DNA from: Azolla caroliniana
Taxonomy: Eukaryota; Plantae; Polypodiophyta
Assembly (NCBI GenBank): GCA_043228905.1
Contig: JBHGNT010000010.1
Span: 2,356,001 to 2,420,000 of the forward strand
Direction of reading: 5' to 3'
DNA: 64,000 nucleotides
The notes beneath the pieces are model-generated. The model was not told where the DNA came from, ran no database searches, and worked only from the letters and a program-made list of their open reading frames with translations. Below, piece by piece: positions 24,420 through 36,932 of the stretch (the first letter of the stretch is position 1; every line of letters begins with the position of its first letter). A program made the translations under genes and the position numbers.

Positions 24420-27400
24420 ACAAGAAAACCAACGATTGTTAGGGAATCTTCAACAAATTGCTTTAGAAAAATAACAATCGCAGCAACAACATGGGGAGTT
24501 TGCGTTACACGTACAACAACTGGAAGCAACCATTGTTGTGTTACAACAACAAGGATCAAGTCCCCAAGGACTTCATAAAGAGCCCACGATTGGTCTTCCT
24601 GTGAAATTTGATGGAACGTGCTCACAATTCAGAGGATTCCTTAATCAGGTACACTTAGTCATGCAAATGCATCCTTCCTGATACCCCACTGATGCATCCC
24701 GAGTAGGCCTAATAGGCACATTGCTCAATGGCTCAGCCTTGGCATGGTTCGCTCCGCTTTTGGAACAATCTCCCTTGCTTAATAACTTTGAAGACTTTAT
24801 TAGCGAGTTTAAAGCCTGCTTTGGAGATACCGACAACATTAGGATGACGATCAACAAAATCCGACGATTGTCGTTTGGTTGGACAACCCTGGATCTGTGC
24901 AGCCCATTAGTGGTTCCATTCCCTCTAAGCAAGTTAGCAATGTGTTCTTAGCCCAAGTCATGATTAGTACTAAAAGTACCCCTCCAGTACATGTCTTAGC
25001 ACTTTTAGATTCCGGAGCCAATTCATGTTTCATGTATCGGAATTTTGCCCAAGCTTCTCAGATATCCTTAAGAAAACTTCCTTGCCCCGCATCTATAGTA
25101 GTCATTGATGGTCGTCCCATTGCTTTTGGGAATATCATAGAAGAGTCAGAACCCATTTAGGTTGTCCTAGATAGCTTTGTGTGTGTGGTATCATTTAATA
25201 TAATTAGTAGTCCAGAGCATCCCATTGTCCTGGGATTACCTTGGTTTGAAGTACATAATCCAGACATATATTGGAGAACAAGAGAAGTCCGGTATCGACA
25301 ACCCCGAGAATCTATTCATCGAGTTTCGACCATTTCGCTCCATCAATTACGCGAAGAAGGACGCAAGGAGTCAATGTTTTTATTTGCAATATCTGTACAT
25401 CCTTCCAACACTATTAAAAAGGAATCTTTAGTTCAACTTCCCGCGAAATATCATCCTTATGCCGATGTATTTGACAAGTTCAAAGCTGGTACTCTTCCTC
25501 ATCATCATCCCTATGATTGTCCCATCGATTTACAACCAGGAATAGAGCCACCGTGGGGACCAATTTACAACTTGTCACCAACCGAATTGGAAGTCCTTTG
25601 AGCCTACATAGAAGAGAATTTTGCAAGCGGGTTTATTCGTCATTCAAAATCTCCGGCCGATGCACCCATTTTCTTTGTCAAAAAGAAAGATGGATCCCTT
25701 CATCTCGTCGTTGATTACCGTGGCTTGAATAAGGTCACCATTCGGAATAGGTATGCACTTCCCCTTATATCAAGTCTATTAGAACGTGTAAATGGTGCCA
25801 AGTTTTTACAAAAATCGACTTACACGAAGCATATAACCTCGTGTGGATCCGACTGGGAGATGAATGGAAGACGAGCGCTTTTCGCACCCAATATGGGCAC
25901 TTCGAGTATACAGTTATGCCGTTCGGTCTAACCAATGCGCTCGCAGTCTTCCAGCACATGGCAAATGATATATTTAGAGATCTCTTGGATATCTGTTTGA
26001 TCATCTATCTGGATGATCTATTGATTTATTCGAAGACCCAGGAGGAGCATGATTCTCATGTACTATTAGTACTAAAATATCTTCGAGAGCATGGTCTTTA
26101 TGCCAAACTAGAAAAATGTAGCTTTGACTGCAAGCAAGTGGAATTTCTAGGCTACGTCATCTCCTCAAAAGGCATCTCCATGGATCTAGCTAAAGTCCAA
26201 ACTATGCTAGAGTGGCAAACTCCACATTCATTACATGTGCAATGTTTCCTAGGCTTTGCTAACTTCTACCGCACATTTATACAAGATTACTCGAAGATTA
26301 TTTTACCTCTCACACAACTTACCAAGAAGGAACAATCATTTCTTTGGTCCAATGAAGCGCACATGGCTTTTATGCATCTTAAGAAAGCCTTTACATCAGC
26401 TCCTATTCTAGCTCATGTGGATACAAACAAATCATTCATCATGGAGGCCGACGCATCGGATTTCGCCCTCAGTAACATCCTTTCACAACAAGGAGATAAA
26501 GAAAAGTTACATCCGATGGCTTTCCACTCACGCAAATTTGATGCCGTGGAAATTAACTACGAGATACATGACAAGGAGTTATTAGCCATCGTGGATTCGT
26601 TTGTGCAATGGCAACACTTCTTAAAGGGCTCTCCTCATCAGGTATGATCACAAAAATCTTGCTTACTTCCAGAACACTCGTGTACGAAATCGACGGCAAG
26701 CTCGGTGGGCCCAATTCCTCACGCATTTCGACTTCAAAATCACATATCGGTTGGGGAAGCAGCAAGGAAAAGCAGATGCACTATCACGACGTTCATATCT
26801 TGCACCTCGTCTGGGTGATCCAACATTTGATAATCAAAAGCAGGTAATCTTGGGACCAACACATTTGCACACAACGCGGATTTTTCACACTCCACTAGAT
26901 TCCCGAATTATTGATGCCATACGTGCCAACTTGAAGACGGATAGTTTTGCTCAAGCCATTCTAGTGCAAATTGATGCCTCTCGGGCATCCTGTTCCCAGT
27001 CTCAACAACCAAGTATGGACTACCGACAATTTGAATATCATGATGGTTTATTATTCTTTAAAAATTTTGTGTATGTTCCCAATTGCTCCTGTCACCTTCA
27101 AATCATCCAAAATTGTTACGACACCCATACAACTGGACATTTCAGTAGTACTAAGACGTTGGATCTAGTTCAACGATCCTTTTGGTGGCCTCATATGCGA
27201 CGTTTTGTCGACGACTATGTTCGGACCTGTGATGCTTGTTGCCGAGCAAAGATGCCATGACATCATCCATATGGCTCGTTGGAATCCATACCAATTCCAA
27301 CTAAGTCGTGGCAATCCATTTGTCTTGATTTTATCACAAATCTTCCAGTCTCCAAGGGTTTTGATGCTATCTTAACTGTCATCGATCGATATACTAAGAT

Positions 27401-27779
27401 GGCACATTTTGTGCCTTGTACTAAGGCCATCACTAGTGAGGAAATTGCATCCCTTGTCATGCGTGAGGTATTTCGGCATCATGGCCTCCTAGACAGTATC
27501 ATCAGTGACCGAGGACCTCAATTCGTCTCCAAATTTTGGAAGCATCTCTTCAAGATGCTCAAGGTCTCTTGCAATCTCTCCTCTGGCTACCATCCCCAAA
27601 CCGATGGGCAAGCGGAACGAACGAATCAAACGCTAGAACAATATCTTCGGTGTTTTCTGAGTTATCAACAGGACGATTGGGCTGATATTTTCCACTTTGC
27701 GGAGTTTGCGTATAACAACGTTATTCACTCCTCAACTCGGGTCTCGCCATTTTACGCTTATATCGGTTCTCATCCTCGC
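24420..27779 (+). pseudogene. Gypsy (Tf1/Tcn1-like chromovirus group) gag-pol pseudogene: capsid, protease, RT, RNase H, integrase; truncated before any chromodomain
   Basis: Gag LPVKFDG...RVGLIGTLLNGSALAWF; protease LLDSGA; [35 protein letters not shown]; RNase H EADASDFA, NYEIHDKELLAI; integrase H..GH..CDAC, LDFIT, IISDRGPQF, YHPQTDGQAERTN. The order PR-RT-RH-IN indicates Gypsy. Multiple stops and frameshifts; gag is internally deleted near 24870. Confidence 0.95.
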
Positions 27780-28416
27780 GGGTCTCTTGTGAAGGGGTTT
27801 CCCATTTTGAGTTAAGAGGGTATACCATTAGGTCCAAGGTATGATAATCTTTCCTTTTCTTAGTTTCTTGTTTTCTGTTAGGGTTCTTTGAGGTCTTCTT
27901 CTTCATCGTCATCATGTGAGTTGATTCTTCGTGTCTGTTTAGGGTTTAGTCCGGTTAAGAGCTTGTATTTCCTAAGGGGTTTTCACTTCTGCTCTATCTC
28001 CTGTGCAAGATCCCACTCGGCGCAATGAGCCCAAGAGCTCCCCGATCAGCGGCTTGGCAGCAGACTGCTGTTGTAAGCTAACCTCCCTTAGTCCGGCTCG
28101 AAGCTGGAGTTGCATCTTGCTCTTGTACAAATATAGAGAAGCTTTGTGCATTTGTGTCTGTGTCTGCGTCTTCGGAGTTTTTTCTTTCCCTTTCTGTACA
28201 TAAGTAGCGTGTGTTGAGTCGGTGTTGCACGTATTTTCTCTCTCTCCCTCTCTCCCGTTCAATAGCCTTCAGTACGCGTCCGGAATCGCTCTGGTTTGTG
28301 CCATAGCCTGTGCAGCCAAGACCGGAGAGAGTCGATCTCCTGGCATCCATCTCTTCCTTGTCCGAGACCCCCATGGTCCCACCCCTTTTGACACATACAC
28401 GCAGATTACCGCGACA
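27779..28416 (+). mobile_element. 5'-truncated LTR (R/U5) of the tRNA-Trp Gypsy family, opposite orientation to the 32075/36781 LTRs
   Basis: The reverse complement aligns with 32075-32680 (CTCTTGTGAAGGGGTT.CCCATTTTGAGTTA.GAGGGTATACCA; GTCCGAGACCCCC.TGGTCC). It ends ...CCGCGACA like the LTR at 40370, and Copia RNase H resumes right after. Confidence 0.8.
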
Positions 28417-29444
28417 ACGATCACCTGGAGTAGTAACAAGAAGCTGACCGTAGCACTGTCCAGCACCGAGGCCGAGTACCGACGAGCGGTTGTCATGACA
28501 TGCGAAGCCATATGGCTCAAGAGGCTCCTAAAGGATCTACAGTTGCAGGTGTCCGATCCGACGACAATCTACTGAGACAACCTTAGCAGCATCTAGTTGG
28601 CAAAGAACCCCGTTTTTCACACCCGAACCAAGCACATTGAGATGCACTACCATTTTGTCCGTGAGCGTGTTCTCTCCGGTGAAGTTGAACTTGTGTATGT
28701 TCCGACGGATCAACAGACTGTCGACATCTTCACCAAACCTCTCGGCATGGACAAGTTGCAACATTTTTTCGAGATGCTTGGTCTTCAGCATCTCAACATG
28801 CCACACTAGAGGGGGAGAAACGAGGAAAACCGGAATGGGAACTGGGAAAACTAGCACCGGCACCGGACAAGCAGCCGGAGAGAAGGAAACAACTGAAGCA
28901 GGGGGAGACAAGAAGAAAAAGGAAGCCGAGTCGACTGAAGAAGTCGGCACATCCAATAAAGTTGGAACAAGCGATGACGACGGCAGAGTCAATAAGGACA
29001 GAGTCGACCGGAACAAGGAGCCCAACAACCGGATGTGGTCCAACGTGATGAAGGGCTTAAAGGTTGAAGATGAATTGGAGATAGCCAATTCAGACAAGAG
29101 CTGGAAAGAATCGGAGGTAGTCGATTACGAAGAAGAGTTTGATTCGAAAGAGCAGAATAAAAAAGAGGCCAAACGGACGAGGAGGCAACAGAAGTCGACA
29201 TCGACACGAAGGGACCGACGGGTCGAGAAGCGCCGAAGTCACAACATCGAAGGAGCTAAGAAGGGCCTTATGAGCAGATAGACGACCGAGAAGGTCGAGG
29301 TGCACGGGACCAAATGGGTCATGCGAAGCGGAAGTGGACAGGTCAAGGAGCACGAGTACGGCGGGAAGACGCCAAGAGGAGCTGAAGGAAAGGACCTTGT
29401 GGACACACATAGTGATCCGACCTCAAGTTGAGCTTGAGGGGGAG
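28417..29444 (+). mobile_element. Copia retrotransposon 3' internal region: RNase H remnant, extra charged ORF, PPT
   Basis: TITWSSNKKLTVALSSTEAEY...AIWLKRLL...AKNPVFHTRTKHIEMHYHFVRE...QTVDIFTKPL (Ty1/Copia RNase H). GAGGGGGAG appears at 28809-28817 and again at 29436-29444 directly before TGTTG. Confidence 0.9.
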
Positions 29445-29550
29445 TGTTGAGCGGGCAAGCTCAACCAGATCTGGATTGGTTGAATAAGCCAGAGCCAGAT
29501 CGGTACCTATGTTGATGAACTGGATAAGTATCTAGATCGGTGTCCAGATA

Positions 29551-31648
29551 TGTCACAGACACACCAAGTGCGAACTAAGACGGAGCACGAATGATGAGGC
29601 TATGATGGAGCGATGACGGAATGACACAAGAGCATAAAGATAGAGATGAAGATTAAGGAGAGAAGATGGGCGAAACGAGAATACTAGATTGATATGTCCA
29701 TGACTGGCGTTGTTCACCTTGAATTCCTTCAAGGTGAACTCAACTATTTATACTAAGTGGCATGCATACCTATTGCACGCATGTGATACAATAGAGCATG
29801 TAGGCAGTAGGTACGCATGCATGTGCCAAGTGTTAATAATACAAGGGAGAAATTATGCACATGATGCTAGCTAAAACCTACAATGAGGAAGTATATACAT
29901 GATTATATGTTAGATGTGTGGCTAACACATAACACTCGATTACAACATGGTTATGTCAAGAGTTCGAATCTTGACACTATCCCCCCTCCAACGATGCCTT
30001 CCCAAATCGTTTGTCGGCTTAGATCACCTCCAAAGTATTTTGTAAACACTAGACAAGGAGTAACTCTTCCACAAGACGAGGTATTTAACGCCAACGAGCA
30101 TGAGCGACCATGTGTGGTCCTCGCCTACAACTAGAACACAAATATCAACGGGTGTGAGCGATCATGTGCGGTCCTCACGGGGAGCATGAACACCAAGGGG
30201 CATGAGTGACCATGTGTGGTCCTTGCCGGGAACTGGAACGGTCCTCGCTGAGAGTTGGAACACGAACACCAACGGACGTGAGCAACCATGTTGTCCTCAC
30301 TAAGAATTGGAACACGAATGAGTGAACGACCATGTGGCCCTCACCGGGAACAGGAACACGAATGGGAGTAATTGACCATGTGTGTTCCTCGCCGAGAACT
30401 GGAACATGAACAACAACGAGCATGAGGGACCAGGTCGGTCCTCACCGGGATCTGGAACAGGAACAATAGTTGGAGTGAGCGACCATGTGTGGTCCTCACT
30501 GGAGACTGGAACACGAACACCAACGGGCATGAGCGACCATGTGTGGTCCTCACTGAGAACTGGAACATGAACCGCAATGGGCATGAGTGACCATGTCAGT
30601 CCTCGCCGAGATGTGGAACATGAAAAATAACTGGAGTGAGTGACCATGTGCGGTCCTCATCGAAGACTGGAACACGAATGGGAGTGAGCGACCATGCGGC
30701 CCTCACTGGGAACTCGAACACGAACGACTGTGAGCGACCATGAGGCCCTCACCGGGAACTCGAACACGAACGGGCGTGAGTGACCATGAGGCCCTCACCG
30801 GGAACTCGAACACGAACGGGCGTGAGCGACCATGCAGCCCTCACCAGGAACTCGAACACGAACGGGCGTGAGCGACCATGCGACCCTCACCGGGAACTGG
30901 AACACGAACACGAACGGGAGTGAGCGTCCTTGTGCGGACCTCACCGGGAACTAGAACACGAACACGAACGGGAGTGAGCGGCCTTGTGCGGCCCTCATCG
31001 AGAACTGGAACACGAACACGAACGGGAAAGAAACTAAAAAATAGAGACAATGATGAGGAGAACTAAAAGCCAATGAAAATGATGAGAAGAAACCAGGAGA
31101 TAGAAATGACGAGGAAGAGAGGAAATGAAGCGATGTTAATGATGGTACGGTGATGATGGTAACTCTAGAAGCAAGGGTGATGACGGAGACGGGTGATGCT
31201 TCTAGTTGGAAGGTGAACAAACTGTCATAGACACACCAAGTGCGAACTAAGATGGAGCACGGATGATGAGGCTACGATGGAGCGATGACGGAATGACACA
31301 AGAGCATAAAGATAGAGATGAAGATTAAGGAGAGAAGATGGGCGAAACGAGAATACTAGATTGATATGTCTATGACTGGCGTTGTTCACCTTGAATTCCT
31401 TCAAGGTGAACTCAACTATTTATACTAAGTGGCATGCATACCTGTTGCACGCATGTGATACAATAAAGCATGTAGGCAGTAGGTACGCATGCATGTGCCA
31501 AGTGTTAATAATACAAGGGAGAAATTATGCACATGATGCTAGCTAAAACCGACAATGAGGAAGTATATACATGATTATATGTTAGATGTGTGGCTAACAC
31601 ATAACACTCGATTACAACATGGTTATGTCAAGAGTTCGAATCTTGATA
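29551..31648 (-). mobile_element. Complete non-autonomous TRIM-like LTR element (2098 bp): two 426-bp LTRs (29551-29976, 31223-31648) with a non-coding internal tandem array
   Basis: The direct repeats differ at ~9 positions by eye. Minus-strand PPT AGGGGGGATAG at 29977-29987 and PBS at 31210-31222. Degenerate TSD AGATA/GAATA. No RT or gag motifs inside. Confidence 0.92.
30090..31027. repeat. Internal tandem array of the TRIM-like element, ~48-60-bp units
   Basis: Recurring GAACACGAAC(..)GGG[AC]GTGAGCGACCATG(TG)[TC]GG[TC]CCTCACCGGGAACT[GC], roughly 17 copies. Confidence 0.9.
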
Positions 31649-32147
31649 GAATATATCGGTATTCGGAACCTAGAGCCGAACCGAAGAACCGGATTGTACT
31701 CTAGAATAGTGAGAACCGGTAGGTTGTTGGAGCCTACAGTCCGAGCCTAGTACATAGGCATAATCCTTAGAGTTAGTGTAAGTCGCTTGTATGAGCATTG
31801 AAGTACATGTCGGTACTTCTGTTAGTCCTTTTAAGAACTTGTATATAAAAAGTGTCTTGTTTGACATTTGTATGTACAGAGTGTTATTATTTTGAATTAA
31901 GTTTATTGCTTTGCTCTCTTTATCTCTTTTGTGTATTCAAGCTTTCCATTAAACCTCTGTTCAGTGTTCTGCTGTTATCAAGACGAGCTAGTTTTGTCTT
32001 AGCTTCCGCACATTATCTTTTACAATCTTCTCCTGTGACCCGGTTGGACCTCTGTTGTTTCTCTTCTGACCGCTCACGGGGGTCTCATACAAGAGAGGAA
32101 AGGGATGCTAAGAAGACGATTTCAGACGCGTCCCAGAGGCAACCGAA

Positions 32148-32194
<47 letters not shown>

Positions 32195-35100
32195 GCTACA
32201 CCGACTCTTATACACAGGAAACAAGGGGGGAGGGGTTGTGCTCCCGACGCCACCAAATACACCGATATGCACAAACAAACACGAATGTATGTATATATAT
32301 TACAAGAGGAGATACAACTCCGGCTCTGAGTCGGACTGAGGTAGGCTAGGTCACAACAACAGTCTGTCGTCAAGCTGTCGTCGGGGAGCTCACGGGCTCG
32401 TCGCGCCGAGCGAGGTCTTGCACATGAGGCTGAGCAGAAGTAAACCCTCACAGAACATACAAGCTCTTCACCGGGCTAAACCCTCAACAAACACGAAGGG
32501 GAAGAAGAAGAAGAAGAAGAAACCAAGACAAAAGCCTAAAACGAAAGAGGGAGAAGACCAAAGTACAAACCTTAAGGGAACAAGAATAAGATGAAGAGGA
32601 AGAACACTACCTAACCCCTAGACCTAAGTGGTATACCCTCCTAACTCAAAATGGGCAACCCCTTCACAAGAGGCGCTCCCTTCGTTTTATAGAACAAGGA
32701 GGGAGATGCATTACAATGTAGGATAAATCCCTTATTACATGGGATCCTCTGTCCCGACTTAACTCCTATTATTCACACGTTTTTACAAGGGTAAGTGCAC
32801 ATGGTGCACACCGCCGATTCTCTCGATATTCTCCGATTCCACCTAGGGACGGTTTTCTCCACGACATCCGCCCCCACCTAACCGCGCATCCACTAGTATG
32901 CGCCAAACTAAATTCTTGCCAGAGAAGATCGGCCCGTGCTTACCCTTCATCCTCCGGATCACCATTCGCTCCGAACCGGTCGTCCTCGCTATCCAAGTCG
33001 CTCGGGTCCGGTTCATCCTCGTGCCGCTTGCCTCTCCGTAGGCTCATTCGACTCGTCAATAGGTCGTTCGCCGTGACCCCATAGCACGCATGCCCCATTG
33101 TTGGCCCTTCGTTCAGCCGTATGCACTCTCCGCTCTCCGTCATACGCCTGGTGTTCTACGCTTGAAGAAGACCCGTCGTGGCCCGCTTGCCTTAGTTGAT
33201 CGTCCGTGTGATCCCGATTGTTGTCCCGTGCGGTCGCCCATCGCCTTCGTCCCCTCACCGCCACCTTCCTTCCCCTTGGTCTTACATTGCCACGTCGGCT
33301 CGGATTGCCAAGGCCTCCGGAACCAGTGTGGAGGATCCCTCTCCGGCCTTCTACCCGATATCTCTTGATCCGACAACCATCTGTCGCGCGCGTACTTTCT
33401 TTTCAACACCTCCTTGTCTAGCACCGTCTGTATCGAACATTGTCTCGTACCCGTGCTTTGCTTTGACCCTCGATGGCCACACGCACATCTTTTGTTCCGC
33501 TTTCAAGTGTGCCCTTTCCGGCTCGGCACACCGCTCCTTAACCGGGTGTCCTCGGTAGCTCACCGGAAGATCACCCTTGCCGCGTCATGGCTTGCATGGC
33601 CTCCTTCTTTCACGTAACGCCTTGGTTGGTCGGTGCCTTTGCTGTTGCCGCCTTTGTCCACTTGCCGCCACCTTCCATTACCCTTGGTCTCATGTGGCCA
33701 CGTCGGCCGAACAACCAGGGTCTCCGGGCAGGTGTGAAGGATCCTTCTGGGGCCTCCGTTTTGTTAGGTCACCGACTCGTGTACCAAGAGCGTCTGATCT
33801 TTATCTTTCCGACCCTACATGTCGGGTCTATATTCAGTTCGTGGCGGCCTCGCCGGCCTCATTCCTCCTTTCACTCTGCTTCCCATCGTCCGATCACGTT
33901 CACCTACCACCACCGTCCCTTCCTATAGGACTCACGTCGGCACTCGGGCCGACCGTTGGATCGGTGCAAGGATCTTCGTGGGACCTCCCCTTCTGTCTTC
34001 AGTTGCCCGCCTTGTCGTTGCCACCATTCCTTACTCTAGGTCTCACGTGGGCTCTCAGGCCGACCGTCGGAGTCTCTTAAACCGGTGTGTGTAAGGTTGC
34101 AGCTAACCGCTCGTCGTCTCATCGTCCTGTCACGTTCACCTACCGCCACCGTCCTTTCCTATAGGACTCACGCCGGCTCTCAGGCCGATCGTCGGATCGG
34201 TGTGAGGATCTTCGTGGGACCTCGGTTTGCCCGCCTTGCCGTTGCCACCGTTCTTCCCTCTAGGTCTCACGCTGACTCTTGTTGCCGGTTGCCGGAGTCT
34301 CTAGAACCGGTGTGTGTAAGGTCGTTGCAGCACCACTCGCCATCTTCGCCGCCCTCTTCTGTTGGTCACATTCACATGCCGCCATTGTCCTTTTCTTATA
34401 GGACTCACGCCGGCACTCAGGCCGACCGCCGGATCAGTGCGAGGATCTCCGTGGACCGCCCATCCGCACTTCCTTCGCCTTCGTCCCCTCGCCTCCACCA
34501 TTCGCTACTCTAGGTCTCACGCCGGCTCTTGGGTTGACCGCCAGAGTCTCTAGAACAGGTGTGAAGGATCCCCCTCAGGCCTCCGTCTAGTTACTGACCC
34601 TTATCCCAGGTCGTCTTTGTCCGTAAGTCGAGAGGGTGGCTCGCTCTACACCCTCTCCCGTGGTACCGACGTACCGTGTTCCCGGCCTCTTCGTAGGCCT
34701 GCTCTCTCCCCTCTTCCGGGTCGGTTATTCGGAAGTCCGCTCCGCCCGATTCTCGTCCGGGTTTGTCCGTCATTCTCTGGATTGCAAGGTCCCGTTCTCC
34801 TGCCGCCACCGTCAGTATCTTGGTCTTACGTCGGATCCGATGCCGACCGCCGAAGTCTCTAGATCCTGTGTGAGGTGACCCATAGGACCGGTCTTCGTTC
34901 TCCTGAACTCGTCGTTGCTCTCCTTGTTGCGTTCCCGCCTCCATCTTCCATCTCTTTCGGTCTCACGTTGCCATGCCGGCCGAATTGTCGAGGTCTCCGG
35001 TCAAGATGTGGGGACACTGATTTCGTAACGACTCCCGCCGACTCATCTGGGGCCACCAACCCTTTTACTGGTGCCGGTGGATAGCATCCACTCTATGATC

Positions 35101-36173
35101 GATCAAGCCCGCCTGGGCTTGATTCTCCAATGTCTGGAGTTTCGATTCCGATGCCGATCCTGCCGGACTCATTCCGTACCCTCGATCATCTTCTTCCCGA
35201 TTCCCGACCTTCGCCCAGTCGGTCTTTCTCCCCATGTAAAAGAGGGTGGCTCGTTCCGCATCCTCTCCCGTATCGGCACCCTCATGCCGATTCTGGCCCC
35301 AGTTAGAAAATCCACGACCGGATCGCGCTCCAACCGAATCGGAGTGTCGCGTTGTTCGGTCCCCGGTCGGGTCATTTCTTGGTCTCTTCGTTGACCTTCT
35401 CGCGAGCCATTTCCCATCCTACTTCGCTGGCATCATGCTAGGACTCCTCAATACCGTCATCCATATCTTTGGTCTCACATGGGCGTAAGGGCCCGAATGC
35501 CGAGTTCTTCGGAATCGGTTCCGAGGGCTCTTGTCCGCTCCTTCCTTGAATCGTCTCGCCGACGATTCTCGGTCTTACGCCACCGCCTTCCTCCTCTAGG
35601 GACTCACGTGGGCACTCGGGCCTGACTGCCATCGTCTCGGGAGCAAGTGCAGGAAGTCGCGTAGAATCGCCCGTCCTTTTTACGCCCTCCTTGTCCGTAG
35701 CCACCAGCTCTTCGTGGTCGGTGGTCGACTCCTTACCAATCACGCAAGCCCAGCCTGGGCTTGCTTTTCCAATGTCCGGAGCCTTGGGTTGACGTGCCTG
35801 AAACCATCGGTCCCAACGTTCCAATCCCGCGATCAGTATCTCGGCCTTGTCCTCGGTTGTTCTTTCTCCGCAAGTTGAGAGGGCGTTTTGTTTCGCACCC
35901 TCCTCCCGTCGTACCGTCGTACTGACCTTCTACCACCTCGTGGGGCAAGCTCGTCTCCTCAGTCTCAGCTTGCGGCCTTGATCTTTCCTCTTCCTCGAGC
36001 ATTGCCTCGAGAGCTGCGTACGCCTCCGCAATCTTGGCCCCAAAGCCGAGCCTTGCCGACTCTCTTTGCCGTTCGGCCTCTTCCCGTTGTGATGGCGCGC
36101 CGTCACGCGCCTTCCTCCTAGCCTTCTCAGCACGTTCGTCATCTAGCCATTGGCATACCCTCCCGACCTCCGA

Positions 36174-36743
36174 CTAGTCCTCCGTAAGGCCATTCGCTCC
36201 ATCCTCGTCTTCGAGCTCAATCCCGATGGCCTCCCGTTCCGCTCGGTCGATCGACCTGATGAACAACAGGACTTTGTTCGCCCCCACCAAACCTTGTTCC
36301 CACTCCGGGAGCCGAGGAAGCCGCCGCTCGAACTCTCGGAACGCCTTCATTGCACCCCGGTGGGTCTTCGCCGATGCAACCCACTGGTCGAAGTCACGTC
36401 GTCCCTGGCTCTTCCGCCGTCCTCCATATGCCTGCAGGAGCGCCTCTTCAAAGGCCTCCCACGAACTATGAGATTCTCGAAGCTCCTTCACTTCCGCATG
36501 CATACAGACGACGACGACCTGACAGAAGAACTCCAGCCTCAACGCCTCGGCTACGTCTCGCTCCTCCATTTCCGCGTTGTAGGCTTCCAAGTAAAATGGG
36601 ACTTTGTCCCCGTTGAAACGGCCGACTCTTTTGACCACTCGCTCAATCGCTTGCTGCGTCGTCTCTTGTCTTGCTGTTGCTCGTCCAAACTCCCTCACCA
36701 CTTCAACAAAAAGTTGCGCAAAGCCGTCTTCTTCTAGCTCCAT
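36174..36743 (-). CDS. Retrotransposon gag-like ORF (189 aa to first stop)
   Basis: ATG 16 nt after the PBS. Reads VGRFNGDKVPFYLEAYNAEM...SWEAFEEALLQAYG...FREFERRL...KVLLFIRSIDRAEREAIGIELED, a paralog of 37947-38336. Confidence 0.7.
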   Translation of the reverse strand: MELEEDGFAQLFVEVVREFGRATARQETTQQAIERVVKRVGRFNGDKVPFYLEAYNAEMEERDVAEALRLEFFCQVVVVCMHAEVKELRESHSSWEAFEEALLQAYGGRRKSQGRRDFDQWVASAKTHRGAMKAFREFERRLPRLPEWEQGLVGANKVLLFIRSIDRAEREAIGIELEDEDGANGLTED

Positions 36744-36758
36744 TCTCCCTTGCCACCC

Positions 36759-36776
36759 TTCACGTCGGGTTCACCA
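36759..36776 (-). promoter_or_regulatory. Primer binding site complementary to tRNA-Trp
   Basis: Minus strand TGGTGAACCCGACGTGAA, 4 nt after the LTR end (CA at 36781). It matches the 3' end of plant cytosolic tRNA-Trp (...TTCACGTCGGGTTCACCA) as I recall it. Confidence 0.85.
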
Positions 36777-36892
36777 AATATGTCTTGTTGTTACATGCAT
36801 GCGTGTCGAAGGGCAGGACCACGGGGGTCTCGGACGAGAGAGGAAAGGGATGTTGAGAAGACGATTTCGGACGCGTCCCGGAGGCAACCGAA

Positions 36893-36932
<40 letters not shown>

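Larger units (their letters stand above)
29445..32074 (+). mobile_element. Copia 3' LTR, split by the TRIM insertion (29445-29550 + 31649-~32074), right end lost
   Basis: TGTTGAG follows the PPT. Sequence resumes after 31648 with TATA (TATATAAAA ~31843) and a U5-like T-rich tract, then is cut by the Gypsy LTR at ~32075. Confidence 0.7.

Noticed and set aside
30090-31027. Regularly repeated units resembling a CRISPR array
   Set aside because: Units are head-to-tail with no unique spacers, lie inside an LTR element in a eukaryotic locus, and no cas genes are present.
32900-36150. Many overlapping 60-170 aa ORFs on both strands
   Set aside because: Expected from the GC-rich, stop-poor, repetitive interior of the LTR element; no RT, RNase H or other motif was recognised.
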